From: the human T2T-CHM13v2.0 reference genome, Homo sapiens
DNA: 64,000 nt
Assembly (NCBI RefSeq): GCF_009914755.1
Contig: NC_060926.1
Strand: one strand, 5' to 3'
A model generated the notes under the pieces. The model was not told the origin of the DNA. It saw nothing but the letters and a program-made list of their open reading frames with translations, and searched no databases. Position 1 is the first letter of the stretch. Each line of letters opens with the position of its first letter. Position numbers and translations under genes: made by a program. Below, piece by piece: positions 1-14,261 of this stretch.

Positions 1-282
1 TTGGAGATAGGTCCTGAATGAGGGTAATTAAGGTTAAGTGAGGTCATTTGGGTGGGACCCTAATCCAATGGGACCACTGTCCTTATAAGAGAGGAAGAGA
101 CACACCAGAGATATTCCCTGTGCTCACACGAGACAAGGCCATGTAACAGCACAGCGAGAATGTGCTGTCTTCAAACCAGGAGTGCTTAGACCTCCTGCCT
201 CCAGACTGTGAGGAAATAGATTTCTGCTGATTAAGTCACCCAGTCCAAGATATTTTATTATGGCAGCCATAGATGACTAATA
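1..282 (+). mobile_element. MaLR LTR (MLT1A/MST-like), 3' part
   Basis: Typical MaLR motifs 'gtaattaaggttaagtgaggtcat', 'ccctaatccaat', 'cctccagactgtgag' and terminus 'ggcagcc...gactaatac'. Confidence 0.8.
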
Positions 283-421
283 CCCTCAGTGAAAGGTAAA
301 ATTTCTATCGTAGATCTTTAAAACATGAAAATAGACAAATGTTCACATTGTCTTAGTAAATCCAATTAGGAACAACTGTATTATCATCTTTGTGCAAAAG
401 AGCTTCATTTATGAAGGGTAA

Positions 422-763
<342 letters not shown>

Positions 764-2752
764 TGAGGTTTTGTACATCAAGTGCTATGTATCAAAAAGC
801 CCTGGCTGAAGGAAGAATTTGCTTCATAAACAAAATTCTATATGATTTGACATGTGTTTGCTTTTTACTATAATGTCTCACCTACTGGAGGTTCAAGTTC
901 TATCGTCAATATTCTTTTAGGCAATTTTTGCATACAATCATACATGTACACTAAATGCTGTTGAAACTGTCAACCCCAGTTATTATTTTTAGATTAGTGC
1001 AGAGGATGGGATAAAGGAATCATGACATTGAATAAAACTTATTCAGATCTGCCACCAACACATCATTTCCCCATCCCTCTTCAAGGCAAGAATCAGTACT
1101 TGTAAGTGCAGGAAAAGTTATTGAGGCAAAATGCCGGGGTCATTTTTAAAATGCTCAGAAACTTATTTTGCGAAGAGTCACTGCCCATGGGTGTTTGTCG
1201 TTGCACTGGCTCCCTCACCTTCATGTATGACTTTCACACACACACATCATGATTCTGCTTCTCTATGACCAGTACAGACTTAAAGAACGTGAAGACTGTT
1301 CGAAAGCAGGATTTAGCATCCCCATTTTAATAATAAATACAAACACACACTTACCCAGTACGTTTTACGCCTGCCTGCAACAAAAACAGCTGAACAGATT
1401 GTGATGAAATTCAGAGACTGACAGTCTGACAAAAAAATCCCTTTTTGTCTAAAATCTGGCTTCCATAGGTTTGTGCAAATCTAAATATTTGATTTTGCAC
1501 TGGAAAAGGAGCCAGTCTTATGTACAATTTATAAAATAAATGTGTAGATACATGTTTTAAAATCTCCAAATTTTGTCAACACATACTGTCCAAATTTAAA
1601 GACTTTTCTCCCCCATTTTTTTTCCTATGACTTGGGTGTATTTTCCCCCTGCTTTTTAAGGCTTTAACTATATTTATCTAATAAGAACTCTTTTGCAAAC
1701 CAGTGTTTCAATAACGATTTAACAGTAGTTTCAGTGTCAAATTGCCCTTTCCTCAGCAGGGAGTTTTAAGCCTTGCTGTATTATACTTCCAAGACACTCA
1801 GGAGCTGGAGTTGGGAGATATAATATTTTCTTTGAAGTTTGCCTTCACAACACACTGGGATGCAAACAAGCTTCAGTTACTCAGCAGTCAAACAATTCCA
1901 TCACACAGCGACCAGGGCTAAATATTGTACCCAATTTTCTAATTATATCTTTGTGATATTGACTACACGAGGTTAGGTGAAAACAGACTGGAATCACTAT
2001 AAAATGCCTTGTCTAAACAGGAAATCTGGACTTTGAAATATTTCGCTTGTTGGCTTCAAATCCCCGTTTGGCAAGTCATAATAACAATAAAAATAAAAAT
2101 AATTTAATTGATGAAAAAATTTATGGCATAAATTCTTCACATATATGTGAAGAATAAACACCTAATAAGGTATTTATTAGGCCAGAGATATATATGACCC
2201 ACTATATATGCATGTGAAGTTCTAGGTTAAGCAAATACATTTTACTGTTCTACACATTATTACACTGCCTTTATGGTTTATACATCATAGCAATTCAGCT
2301 GCCTCAATACTATTTCTTTAAGGGATTTTTTAAACGTTTCAGATCCTGGAAGTGGGACTTTCTCCTTTTGTAAGTTTTCTAAAGTTTATGCATGATGCAA
2401 TCATTAATTTATAGCAGCATCTAGAGTGATCTGTATTTCAGAAAAGAAAATTCAGGGGTTTCAGAAAGTTATCTAGGGTCTCACAGATAACTAGCGCTAT
2501 CGTGGAGAAGCGGGAGAGAGGGCCTGACTCATTAAAAGTTGCCACCAGCACCATTTCCTTAAGGACAGCCTTAGCTCAGAGCACACCAGACCACCTCCCT
2601 GCCTTCAATGAGCTGATACTTAAAAGTAATAACAGATGGGAAAAGGGGATGAGAAAGAATACATACTAAAAATTATTACCTGGCAGTCATCTCGGGGAAC
2701 TGGGACTCAAGGATTTTTATTCTCTTCTTTTTGCGTATTTATATTTTTCTAA

Positions 2753-3199
2753 TGTTAAATGACATTTAGGGGAGACCATTGTTTTGAACGGAGCTCCTGC
2801 ACTAGGTCCTAGCAGACCAGAGCAAACCAGAATAGAGTCACTCATGCTAGGTGCCACACAATCAAACTGAAATTTTAAAGGGGCCAGTTTAAAACACACA
2901 CACACTCACACAAGCAAAAAAACAGCAGCTTCACAGCAACCAATCAGAATGAACCTAATTTACCTGAGCCAGCATGATAAGAACATGCCCTCCGTTTCAG
3001 CACTAAGGAAAGTAACTTTGAAATGACCAACCCATTCTGGTTCTGTGTCTGCTTTCTTCAGCCCTTTTCTGTGTATAAAGCCAACTTCCTCTGCTTGGGG
3101 CGCCTTTTCTAAATATTTAGATGGAATGCGGCTGGATTAATGAATGACTAATGAAAGCCAATTTGATCTCTAAATTTGTTATAATTTTGTCTTTTGACA
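2753..3199 (+). mobile_element. Solo ERV1 (MER4-group-like) LTR with 4-bp TSD
   Basis: TG...CA termini (tgttaaatg...ttttgaca) flanked by CTAA at 2749-2752 and 3200-3203; internal 'tataaa'; body 'gagctcctgcactagg...gagtcactcatgc' resembles MER4-group LTRs. Confidence 0.75.
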
Positions 3200-4849
3200 C
3201 TAAAATTATAAAAATGAGCAGGTATGAATTGTGTCATCAAAAAAGCACAAATAACTAAGTCAGGATGAAGAAATTTCATATGCTTTGGGGAAAATCATAA
3301 GCATTGTCGTGTCCTGTATCTCTTGTATCTAGTAACTTTTGACATAGACCAACTTGTCCTCCTCTGCAATCTCGTACAAAGAAAAAGTCAGCTATGTGTC
3401 GTTAAACACCTCCTGAGGATAAAAAAGGTGAATGCTCAAAGGAAGTCAACCACACGTTAGTGTTTATTCAGAGAAGTCTATAACTATAAAAATAAATATT
3501 ACTCAAGCCATATTTAGAAGAATTACAAAGATGCACAGAAAACTCAGTCTCCAAGAAATTGCACAAATTAAGTCATTGACCCGCATTGAGTTGAACACCA
3601 AACAAGGTGCCCCATCTTCTAAAGTAATGAGTATTCTTCAAACAGCAAGGGAGCACAGGCTGCTGTTTGATGCTGATGACACTGAAAATTTAGGAGAACA
3701 GAAATCCCATCATTTTTCATTTGTATGCAAATTTGTCTGTTCCAGAAATTAACCCCTGGACCCCATGTCAGTTTTCATCTCTAGGAATTTTCTTTGCCTG
3801 CACCACACGGTGTAGTCTTGTCACTATCCTAAGGTCACTAGGCTTCCCCAGTTTAAAAATAACAACTAGCACCACCAAAGTCATAATGGTGCTTTGTTTA
3901 TCCTCATTACTGGAGGCTAAAGAGCACTAGAGGAGAGGCCTGTTGTAAAACGCGCATCTTCAATGGCCGGCCCTGCGTGCTAGTGGCATTGAAATGCAAA
4001 CTACATCCTACTTTGGCCAGGCGGCATTCATGGACCACTTCTCCTAGTGTTAAGGTAAACCTGGGACAATAGATCAATCTGATTACCCTTCTTTTCAGCC
4101 AGGTCTTCAACGGGTAAAAAGTTTCTTTGTTACTTCCCACCTTAGACAAATGTCATCATCTACATGTGAAGGGGAGAGAGGTGATTGAGGTTTTTAATTG
4201 ATGTGGACTTAATTATGCTAATTTAGACAGCTGCAATGCATTTCAGGATAGCTGCATAATAGGGTGAGCCAATACAGGTGCCCTTCTCCGTAGGGGCTTA
4301 ATTTTTAACCTAGGTAGGTTTAAAAGGGAAAGGGAGTTCAAAAGTGTAGACAAGTTAAGATTTGTAAAGGGAAGTTCACCCGCCCTCCGAAATATTTAGC
4401 AGGCTTTACATGCACCTAAGACAGAGCCGGTTAAAAGCCTCAGATTGGTCTCTAATTAGAATAGACCATTTTAAATGATGGGTTTATCAAGAGTTGATTC
4501 GAGATAACACTAAACTAGAATTTTGGAATTAAAAATGACCTTTACTTCCATCTCTGGAAAAAAAAATCACACAATGGAAATGGTGATTTAAAAAAAAAAA
4601 GTAGCAAGAAAGTTTTAAAATATTTTCTTAAAAAGGAAGGGGATTTTGACTTTTGAACTTTAACGACAAGGTGAGTTTCCCTCACCATGTACAGGACATG
4701 ACTTTCATTCCGCTGCTAGCAACGTGGAGACATGATACTCAGTGTCATCAGTGGGAAAAGGGTATTTGCTTTTTTTTTTTTTTAATTGCTGCCTAATACC
4801 AGTTTTTTGATGAGTATTGCCCACACCCTATTTCAGTTGTTCTGGTCTT

Positions 4850-5120
4850 TTTTTTGTTTTGTTTTTTTGAGACGGAGTCTCGCTCTGTCGCCCAGGCTGG
4901 AGGGCAGTGGCGCGCGGTCTCTGCTCACTGCAAGCTCCGCCTCCCGGGTCCACGCTATTCTCCTGCCTCAGCCTCCCGAGTAGCTGGGACCACAGGCGCC
5001 CGCCACCATGCCCGGCTAATTTTTTGTATCTTTAGTAGAGACGGAGTTTCACCGTGTTAGCTAGGATGGTCTCGATCTCCTGACCTCGTGATTCACCCGC
5101 CTCGGCCTCCCAAAGTGCTG
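4850..5120 (-). mobile_element. AluY, 5'-truncated
   Basis: CpG-rich antisense Alu ending at 'cccaaagtgctg'; TSD tgttctggtctt at 4838-4849 and 5119-5130; L1-endonuclease-like TT/AAGA site on the minus strand. Confidence 0.92.
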
Positions 5121-6489
5121 TTCTGGTCTTAAACAAGATGTGACACAGAGTCCTATGCACCCCTCAGAGGCTCAAGAAACCCTGGCTGGTTAATATGCTG
5201 CTCTCAAAAGAGGCGGGGTCTGACAGGGCAATACTGGACAGGCCAGTATGCAATGCTGTGAGTGAAGAGGAAGAAATCTGAAGGGCTTTTATGACTTTTT
5301 TTTGTGGCTTGCTGAGGTAGGGAGGTCTGAAAAGGCTGCACCTCTTCTGTTCCCTTTTGCCTCTGGGTGACACTTTCTTCAAGGCCCGACTTGTCTCCAT
5401 AGACACAGATTTTCTTCCTAGGAGGCCTATTGCCTTTCTAGAGGACAAAGAACTTAGAAATGAATCATCTTCCTTTCTCCCAGCCATTCCCTTCTCACCC
5501 CTGTCAGGCTTCTCTTCTGTGCATTTTCCTTTGTCCCACACTAATCAGAGATGTAATTAGCTGGCAAAGATAAGAAGAAAGAAGTAGGGCATCTGGCCTC
5601 CGCTCCAGCGAGGGTGCAGAGTGACCTTTCCAAGCCCGCCCTAGTTTTTGGTGAAAGCACACAGATTTGGGGTGAATTTTGGCTCTGGTTTTTACTGACT
5701 CTTCAGATCTTGGATGAGTTATTTCACTTATCTGACTTAATTGATTTACCAAATGGAATACTTATTCACAGTCCATGCATTTGTTGAAGCTACACTGGAA
5801 GTAAGGTTGAAAAGTGCCTAGGACTACGTACATCCAGCACCCAGTAGGCACCAAGGATGCTGTTCCGCTATTTCTTCATCACCCCCAATGCGCTCACTTT
5901 CCCTATCCAGCACCTCCGGCCCCTTTCTCTTTGCATTGACCCATAGCTTCTTTATTCATGCTCTTTTGGGATACCATCATTGTATTTTCTCTTCTCTTTA
6001 ATCTTTTAAAATTTCTTTCCTTCTGCCAATTTATAACTTTTTTTTTCTGTTGTTTCTCACAGATTCTTTTACTGTCTTCCTTTCACCTCTTCCAATCTGG
6101 GGGCTATAACAGGAGAAGAAAAGGGTGGATGCAGGTAAAATTAAAATAGGAATCATAAAGGAATGAAGAAAAATAAATATTCAAAAACTCTATAGCTAAA
6201 ATTCTGACATTGTTTTGGTCAAAGGAATTCAAAATAGTGTGTGATGGATATCAATTTATAAAAGCTATTTCTTTCCATCTGTATGCCATGAGTTTAATCT
6301 AAGTATGAAACCCAGTCATCAAAAACAATATGGAAATGTTGCAACTTGGATTAGCTGTGGATTTGATCCCAGAAATCATATGATTCTGTTCTTAAAAATC
6401 ACCTAAAAATGACAAGAATAGTAAGAATTGCAGCAGTCTTTTAATAAATAGTGCTTTGGTCAAATTAATACATAACAATAATAATAATG

Positions 6490-8330
6490 AGCTTTTTGTT
6501 TCTAGCAACACAGCAAGCCAAACTAACACAAACAACTTTCTCCTCTAACTCATGGAAATGCTGGATGAAATATGACAAAAAGAAATGGAATACATAGTTG
6601 AGTTTGAAAGACAGAATAAAGTTGCCTGCATCAGAAATAAAGAAAAAGTATGGTTAGAGTAGTGAGCACATGAAAGGACATAGTAAATGTGAGAAATATT
6701 ACTTCAAGTAAGCAACAAGGAAATTTGTTTCTGCTCGCTACAAAAGAAGAAAAAAATCAGCAAATATTAAAACTCCCTCAGATGCACCTCATGCACATAG
6801 AGAGTACGCATTTATAGTCCTGAGTTACTTTAAAATCTCAAATAAAGAATCTAATGTACAAATAAAGGAAATAAACTTGACAAAAGCAAACCCCAAAACC
6901 TATGTTTACGGTCACTGACACAACCTGGTGTGTCCAAGAATCCCACAGAGGAAGAAAAGTTCAAAATAAAAAAAGGCAAGCCACACAAGCAATTTTTCGT
7001 AAGGGAAAGTCAGAAGACTCAAGAAACAGGAGGATTAGAACCCTAATAACTTAATGTCATAAAACAGTCTGAGAGACACCATAAAATAAGTATGCTTAGA
7101 ATGATAAAATAGATAAAAGACAGAATCACCATAAAAATGAAAGAACAGAACACAATGAAAAAAGGAAAGGCAAATTTGAAAAATAGCCAAATAAAACTTG
7201 CCGAAGTGAGAAGTATGTTTATTAAAATTAAAATCCTTAATGGACAGGCTAATCAGTAGCTAAAGAACTAACGTGTGAACTGGAAGGTAGATCTAAATAA
7301 ATTACTTCCAATTAGTACAGAATAAATAAATAAACACATATATAATTTTTTTAAATGCTAAAAACTCGGCATATTGGCTCATATCTGTAATCCCAGCTAC
7401 TTAAGAGGCTGAGGCAGGAGGATCACTTGTGCCCAGGAATTCGAGACCAGCTTAAGCAACACAGTGAGACACCCATCTCAAATTTAAAAAAAAAAAAAAA
7501 TGCTAAGAGACATGAAGGAAAGAATAAGATGGTCAAACATTATCCAATGAGAGTTATACAGACATGAAATAAATGAAAATAAATTCATAGCTAAAGACAT
7601 CATAGTAAACATAAATAATACTAAAGTTAAAAATACACATATATATTAAAAACAACCACAAAGAAAACTCAGATTATCTGAAGAACAAGTTAGACTGAAA
7701 CAGAATTTTTGTCAGCAAAAACAGAACCAGCAGGAAACAGAATAATATCCTCAAAGTGCTATGAAAAAACAAAAATCTTAGAATTGTATATCCAACTAAA
7801 TTAAAGATTAAGAATATGATAAAGAGATTTTTGAATAAAGACTGGTAGAGTTTATCGTCTTCAGATTCCTCAGTGAAAGAACCACCAACGGTATACTTCA
7901 GTAAGAACACTGAACCAGAAGAAAGGAAAGGTACAAATTACAATGATCAAAGAAATTAGAAAACATTCAAGTAAATACTGAAGTAAAAATAATAATGGCT
8001 TAGTACAGAGGGTAAAAAAATGAAAAGTGAAATAATATATTGATAGTGGAAGACTGTAATGATTAGACATTAAAACAAATGAGTCATGTGCGCTTGTTAA
8101 AAACCTGTGAGAAACCATTGAAAATAGAAACAAAATATATAACTTCCATTTAAAAACAAAGAACATGAAAAATAATTAAATAAGACTGGGGGAAAAAACA
8201 AAGTAAAACATGGTAAATAGAAATTATGAACCCAATTTAAAATCGTAGAATGTCACATTTTCATTAATTACAGCAAAGATACGTGGAATTAGAACTAATA
8301 TGTATTGCTCTTGCTGCCACTTGTCACAGC
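6490..8330 (+). mobile_element. Ancient L1M fragment (5'/ORF1-like region)
   Basis: Strong A-skew and degraded ORF1-like motifs ('cagattatctgaagaac...agactgaaacagaatttt', 'cttagaattgtatatccaactaaatta'). Confidence 0.65.
7365..7500 (+). mobile_element. FLAM (free left Alu monomer)
   Basis: Single Alu arm 'ggctcatatctgtaatcccagc...gagaccagcttaagcaacacagtgagac' plus poly(A); flanked by aaatgctaa on both sides. Confidence 0.85.
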
Positions 8331-8974
8331 TAAAAAAAAAAGAACTAACACTTATTGAAATCGTATTAGCTTACATTTATATTTCTGTAACCAACTGTAA
8401 GGAAGGGTTGGAAATACTAATTTTGGGGATTCCAGTTGGAGAATGTGGGATTCTGAATGTGGGTGGGGAACACCTACAGAGAGGGAATTCAGTGGAGCCA
8501 CAATTCCAAATCTCCACTCTAGACAAATTATGCAGGACCAAGAGGCCAACAATAAAAAGAGACAGTGTGGTACACAAAAAAAGTCCTGGCCTGAATCAGG
8601 AAATTTGTGGGTTTGTTCTAGATCTGCCACTAACTAATTTTATAATCTTGATGACTGATTTATGCTCTCTAGTTGTCTATTTCATCATGAATAAAATGGG
8701 GGGTTATAGTAAGCAACTGCCAAGGTTTCTTCCACCAACAATAAAAACCCAGATTCTTTGACATGGTAACAGAGAAGAGAAAGAGACATGCTAGGACCTC
8801 CCTTGTCACACCGTCATCTAGCCTCTGCACCTGGACGATGGGACTTCACTAATTGGCAGGGACATCAATCAAAACAAGGTTTGTTTTCAAAGGTATCTGG
8901 GGAAAGCATCATTCATTGACTCTCCAATATCCGTTTTCTTCCTCCTTCCTTCACAAAATGAATACCTGGTTTGA

Positions 8975-9409
<435 letters not shown>

Positions 9410-9439
9410 GTGAAAGAATACCAATTTTGATGAGAAGAA

Positions 9440-9763
9440 CAATACACTCATCTCAATACTTTCCTGATTCCTTTGATGCTAGGAATGGCCGTGTGACACA
9501 GATGCATGCAGTGAGGTATGGTGGGAAGGATAATATGGATTTCTTGAGTCTGGAAGTATAGCAGCCATCTTGCTGCCATGAGACAATATGGCCAAGGGAT
9601 GAGCCAAGAGAATTGTATTGACAACTGTCCTGACATTGTTAGACTATTTATCCAAGGAGCTATCTACCCCCAGTCATTTTGCTAGGGGAAATAAGGAAAC
9701 TCTTTATTTAATGCATGTTTTAAGCTTTTCTGTTACTTACAGCTGAGCACATTCCTAACTGAC
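9440..9763 (+). mobile_element. ERVL LTR fragment (LTR16/LTR33-like)
   Basis: 'cagccatcttgctgccatgag' and terminus 'ttttctgttacttacagctgagcacattcctaactgaca'. Confidence 0.6.
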
Positions 9764-9889
9764 AAAGAATTATCTATTAAGGATTAATTAGGTTTGTACA
9801 GAACACATACTTAGGCTAGACCAATTAAAATATGAATTTGGAAAAGCAAAACTGAATTTTGAGTTCCATCTGAATTTTGTGCATCGTCA

Positions 9890-10079
9890 GTTTTGTTTTT
9901 TGTATTGTTTTTATCAAGAGACTGGGTCTTACTATGTCGCACAGGCTGGAGTGTAGGGACTATTTGCAGGCACAATAATAGCACAGTTTAGCCTCAAACT
10001 CCTGGCTTCAAGTGATCTTCTAGCCTCAGCCTCCCAAGTAGCTGGGACCAGAGATATGTGCCAGATCAACACACCCAGG
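9890..10079 (-). mobile_element. FAM (free Alu monomer)
   Basis: Single antisense monomer retaining the 7SL-like segment 'gactatttgcaggcacaat' typical of FAM. Confidence 0.75.
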
Positions 10080-10406
10080 TAAGATCTTTTAAATGTGTTA
10101 CTGGAAAATTTAACATATATATGCTGGGTTACCAAGATACTGAGAATATAAACTTAAAACTGAACCTTTAATACATGAATACTGTTCGAGGTTACCTGAT
10201 AAGTTTGAAATACATGCTACAGTGTGGTGAAACATGTAGTGCTTAAACTTTCCAAAATCTGGAAAACGCTTTAGTAAATGGGCAGGGCAAATAAAAAGTA
10301 TAGAAGATGTGATCTTTGATTGTATACACTTTGATGTTTAGCTTTGCACTTTCTCCTGGAGAACCAAAAACACCAGCAGAATTAAGGTATTAAAAACCCA
10401 TGTTCC

Positions 10407-10725
10407 GTCAGGTGCAGTGGCTCACGCCTGTAATCCCAACACTTTTGGAGGCTGAGGCGGGTGGATCACCTGAGGTCAGGAGTTCGAGATTAGCCTGGTC
10501 TACATGGCAAAACCCTGTCTCTACTAAAAATACAAAATCAGGCGGACGTGGTGGCACACACCTGTAATCCCAGTTACTTGGGAGGCTGAGGCAGGAGAAT
10601 CACTTTCACCCTGGAGGAGAGATTTCAGTGAGCTGAGATCATGCCACTGCACTCTAGCCTGGGCAACAAGAGTGAAACTCCGTCTCAAAGAAAAAAACAA
10701 ACAAACAAACAACAACAACAACAAC
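10407..10725 (+). mobile_element. AluS (Sq-like) with (CAAA)n/(CAA)n tail
   Basis: Dimeric Alu; TSD aaaaacccatgt at 10392-10403 and 10726-10737. Confidence 0.92.
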
Positions 10726-11289
10726 AAAAACCCATGTCACTGAGATGCAATCTGACATTGAATAGTGTGAATATTTTATTTCCTACAAGATATATTTACA
10801 TGACATTCATAATCAATAAACATAGATTACTGGAATTTTGATATGTTTGGTTCGAGTGCTTTAAATATACAGGTTCAACTAATGTTCTCACTCAGGCTCA
10901 TTAAGGACATTTCCATATATCTGCGTGTTTCTAATTCTTCTTGAACTAATCACTCTTTATTCAAAGATATATTTGAGGTACCTGTTTTAATGATTCTTTT
11001 AAAGCCGTTACCCTAGATCAAGAAAAATCACTGTCACACATTTTGTATATATGTTTTAAAACCTGGTTTGCTGGGGTAAAACAGAAGAAGAGAAAAGCCA
11101 GATCACATTCTAAGGTTTTGTGCCTGAGAAGATAAATTCCACTGATAATAAAATAACATTGAGGTACTGTTTAAAGAATGGGGGCTTCTTTTTAGTGTTT
11201 GAATTGGGATAGAGCTTAGAATAAAAGGTCAGGTGCTTTCCTATTTCTTTTCAAAAAAGTCAGAAATCTTTAAGTGTTTACTTGAAAGA

Positions 11290-11930
11290 ATCAAAAAGCA
11301 ATATGATCCAATGGAAAAGAGCATGAGTTTTGCCCTCAGACATACTTGATTTCAAATTCATTTAAATGTATTTATTCAACATATATTTATTGAGTCACTA
11401 CCATGCTCTAAGTAGTACACTAGGCCCTGGAGATACAATGATAAAAAAAATAGATGCAGTTCCCTGTTTTCATGCAACTTACAGTCTATTGTAGAGATTT
11501 AATTTAAAAAGTAATCGCCCACAAACACATAATGACATGTGCTATGAAGGAAAAAAAAGTGCTAGGGGCTTGGAGAGCAAAAATAAGGGGTCCTGAGCCA
11601 GCCTGGATGAGAACAGAAAATGAGTTCTTGAAGAGAGTGTTCAGGCCCCTATTTAAGAGATGAGGAAGCATGAACTAGGGGCAGCTGTCCACACTGAGGG
11701 CATAATAACATGTACAGAAGCTCTGCGGCAAGGGCAAGGCAACAAACAAGCAAAGAGCAACTTTGAGGTATCCATAGTCACAAAGAAAGTCCATCACTCA
11801 CTTTCTAAGGAAATCAGTTGCAAGTTACTTGATCCCCTTACATTTCAGGCTCTGACAAAGCAGGATATTATAATAATTAAATGAGTTCAGGTACACAAAA
11901 GGGCCTGATATCTAGTAGATGCTGAATAAA
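11290..11930. mobile_element. MIR and L2 fragments
   Basis: L2 3'-end signature 'ttattcaacatatatttattgagtcactaccatgc...ggagatacaatgataaa'; MIR-like flanks. Confidence 0.6.
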
Positions 11931-12222
11931 ACTAAGATCCCCATCCCTGTCACTAGCTGAATTTCTACTAAGCCATCCTCCTTGTTTTTCTGTCGCTGGA
12001 AGCACCAGCTTTAGATATAATGGAACTTTTCTTATGATTGACTGTCTGATACTCCATGTGCCAACTCAAAGCAATCTCATGTTTATTTATTTAAGGTATT
12101 CTTAGTCTTGTCACTCATTTCTCAGATCAACTAGTTAGTTTTCATTCTTATCGCTTCTCATTATATTGAACACAATGCGTTTTCTTATCAAAGGTCACTA
12201 TCTTCATGAACCTACTACCCTG

Positions 12223-12706
12223 GTCTATTAGTCAGGATTCTCCAGGGAAACAGAACCAACAGGATATATGGGTGTGTATATATGTGTGTATATATGCGTG
12301 TTTGTGGGTGTGGGTCCGTGTGTGGAGAAAGAGAGAGAGAGACAGAGACAGATTTAAGGAATTGGCTCATGCAATTGTGGGGGCTAGCAAGTCTGAAATC
12401 TTCAGGGCAAGCCAAAGGCTGGAGACCCAAGAAAGAGTTGGTATTATATCTTGAGCCTGAAGACAGTCTGGAGGCTGAATTCCCTCTTTCCCAGGAGACC
12501 TCAGTCTTTTCTCTTCAGGCCTTCGACTGATTGGAGGAGAACTCCATACTCCCATTATGGAGGGTAATCGGCTTTACTCAAAGTCTACTAACTTAGATGT
12601 TAATCACGTTTAAAAAACAGCTTCACAGAAACATCTAGACTGATGTTTAACCAAAAACTAGCTATCATGGCCTAGCCAAGTTGACATAGAAAAGTAACCG
12701 TCACAC
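12223..12706 (-). mobile_element. MLT2 (ERVL) LTR
   Basis: 'tattagtcaggattctccagggaaacagaacc...tttaaggaattggctcatgcaattgtgg...aagttgacatagaaaagtaaccgtcaca' is the MLT2 antisense pattern. Confidence 0.85.
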
Positions 12707-12977
12707 CCGGCCATGCCAATTCTACATGACCTCAGCTTTACTCAAAGACTGATGCCTCCTGAGGGCCTGGGTCTCTGACGTGTCCTGGAGACAGAGTCAC
12801 TTGACAGAGAGACAGAGACATGAGCACAGTGTATGTGATCCCCAAGCCTGTTTCCAAGGCATATGAATGTGAGGCATCAGGGTAGGCAATGGCAAGGAGC
12901 AGCGTTCCTACAAGAGCAGGGACGGAGAACCTCACGAGGATAGTGACAATCAAGAAAGGACAACTGCAAACCCTGGC

Positions 12978-13676
12978 TGTGAGGAGACCGGGGGAGAAAG
13001 GGGTGATCCCTTTCCTCACTCCCCTAAGGGTCACGGCCAACACTCCTATGATAAAGACAGGTTCACGAGAGAAAAGCATAGCAAATTTATTTTATCAAAG
13101 TTTTACATGACGCAGGAGCCTTCAGAATGAAGACCCAAGACCCAGGGAAAAGTGTCAATTTTTAATCTTAGATTCCATGAAGAGTGGACAGCCATGTTGA
13201 AATGCAATTGGATAAAAAATGAATAACCTAACAGTAACAGACAGAGGGGGAACCCAGCAAGGCCTGTGTGTTCAGATTCTTGGCTCCTTTGTGTAGCGTT
13301 CTTTCCTCCTGGGTATCAGGCAGGAGCCCTCTGGAATGAGGTCTTACGACTATTGGACATATTAGGTCAGAAAATCTCTTCTGACCAGATCCTAGACAGA
13401 AAGGTGGAGAAGATTCAAGTCATATTTCTACATGTTGTGGTTTGCTTAGAGGAAAGAGGTTCTCCTTTCTATGACTCACCTTAAGGAAGGAGGAATTCTA
13501 GTTTCTGTGACTCATTTTAGAAGAGAAAGAGGAGCGGGAGACAGAAAGGCAAGAGAAAGTCAGAGAGAGACTTTGCTTCTGAGGCTGTTTCTGAGGCATT
13601 CCAATTTCCATAGTTCAAGGTACTTATCACACCAAAGTGCCATATTTTGGGGGTCTCAATTTCTTGGCCCCCAACA
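12978..13676 (-). mobile_element. ERV1 MER4-group solo LTR
   Basis: Ends 'caaagtgccatattttgggg...ccccaaca' (reverse tgttgggg...ccccaaaatatggcactttg), typical of MER4-group LTR starts; minus-strand AATAAA ('tttatt') near 13086. Confidence 0.7.
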
Positions 13677-13839
13677 GGACAAAAAGTGAACTGAGTTCCT
13701 AGAGATACACTCTTAGCCGAATGATATCCCAGTTCTCAACTAAGTCCTAAATATGCAGCTGTGGTTATGCCTGAAGAATGTGCCAAGACTTCAAGATTTA
13801 TGACCATAAGGTTCCTGTTTTTTCATATGATTATATGTC

Positions 13840-14060
13840 CTTATATGAAGTCTCTGAGCCAGATTTTCTGAGTGCAGACCTCGGCTTGCCTCCCTACTAA
13901 TTTTGGACAATTAATTTGTCAATGTGAGCCCTAGTTTTCATATCTATAAAATGGAAAAAATAGTATTACCTACTTTAAGTTTGTAGTGAAAATCAAGTAA
14001 GATAATCAATACATCTAAAGCATTGTGCATGGCCAGTAGAAATTGTTTAATGAATGCTAG
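13840..14060 (+). mobile_element. MIR
   Basis: 'ttttcatatctataaaatgg...tagtattacctac...gtgaaaatcaagtaagataat' MIR core. Confidence 0.7.
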
Positions 14061-14261
14061 CAGTTATCATAAATTCTAGCCATCTCTTCCATAACTTCCA
14101 TCTGGAAAGTTAACCCCTGGCCACAACAAATGCCTCTTATGTCTGCATATGTACATGATACTTTCCAAAGTTATTTATATGTTAGTATATTTCTATTATA
14201 TTTCATTTGTATTTGTCCTGTACCTTCCATAGCTCCCATTAAAAGGTAAGAACTGATGGAA

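Noticed and set aside
8300-8761. 153-aa ORF
   Set aside because: Runs across L1 and MIR remnants; no recognisable protein and no supporting splice or promoter context.
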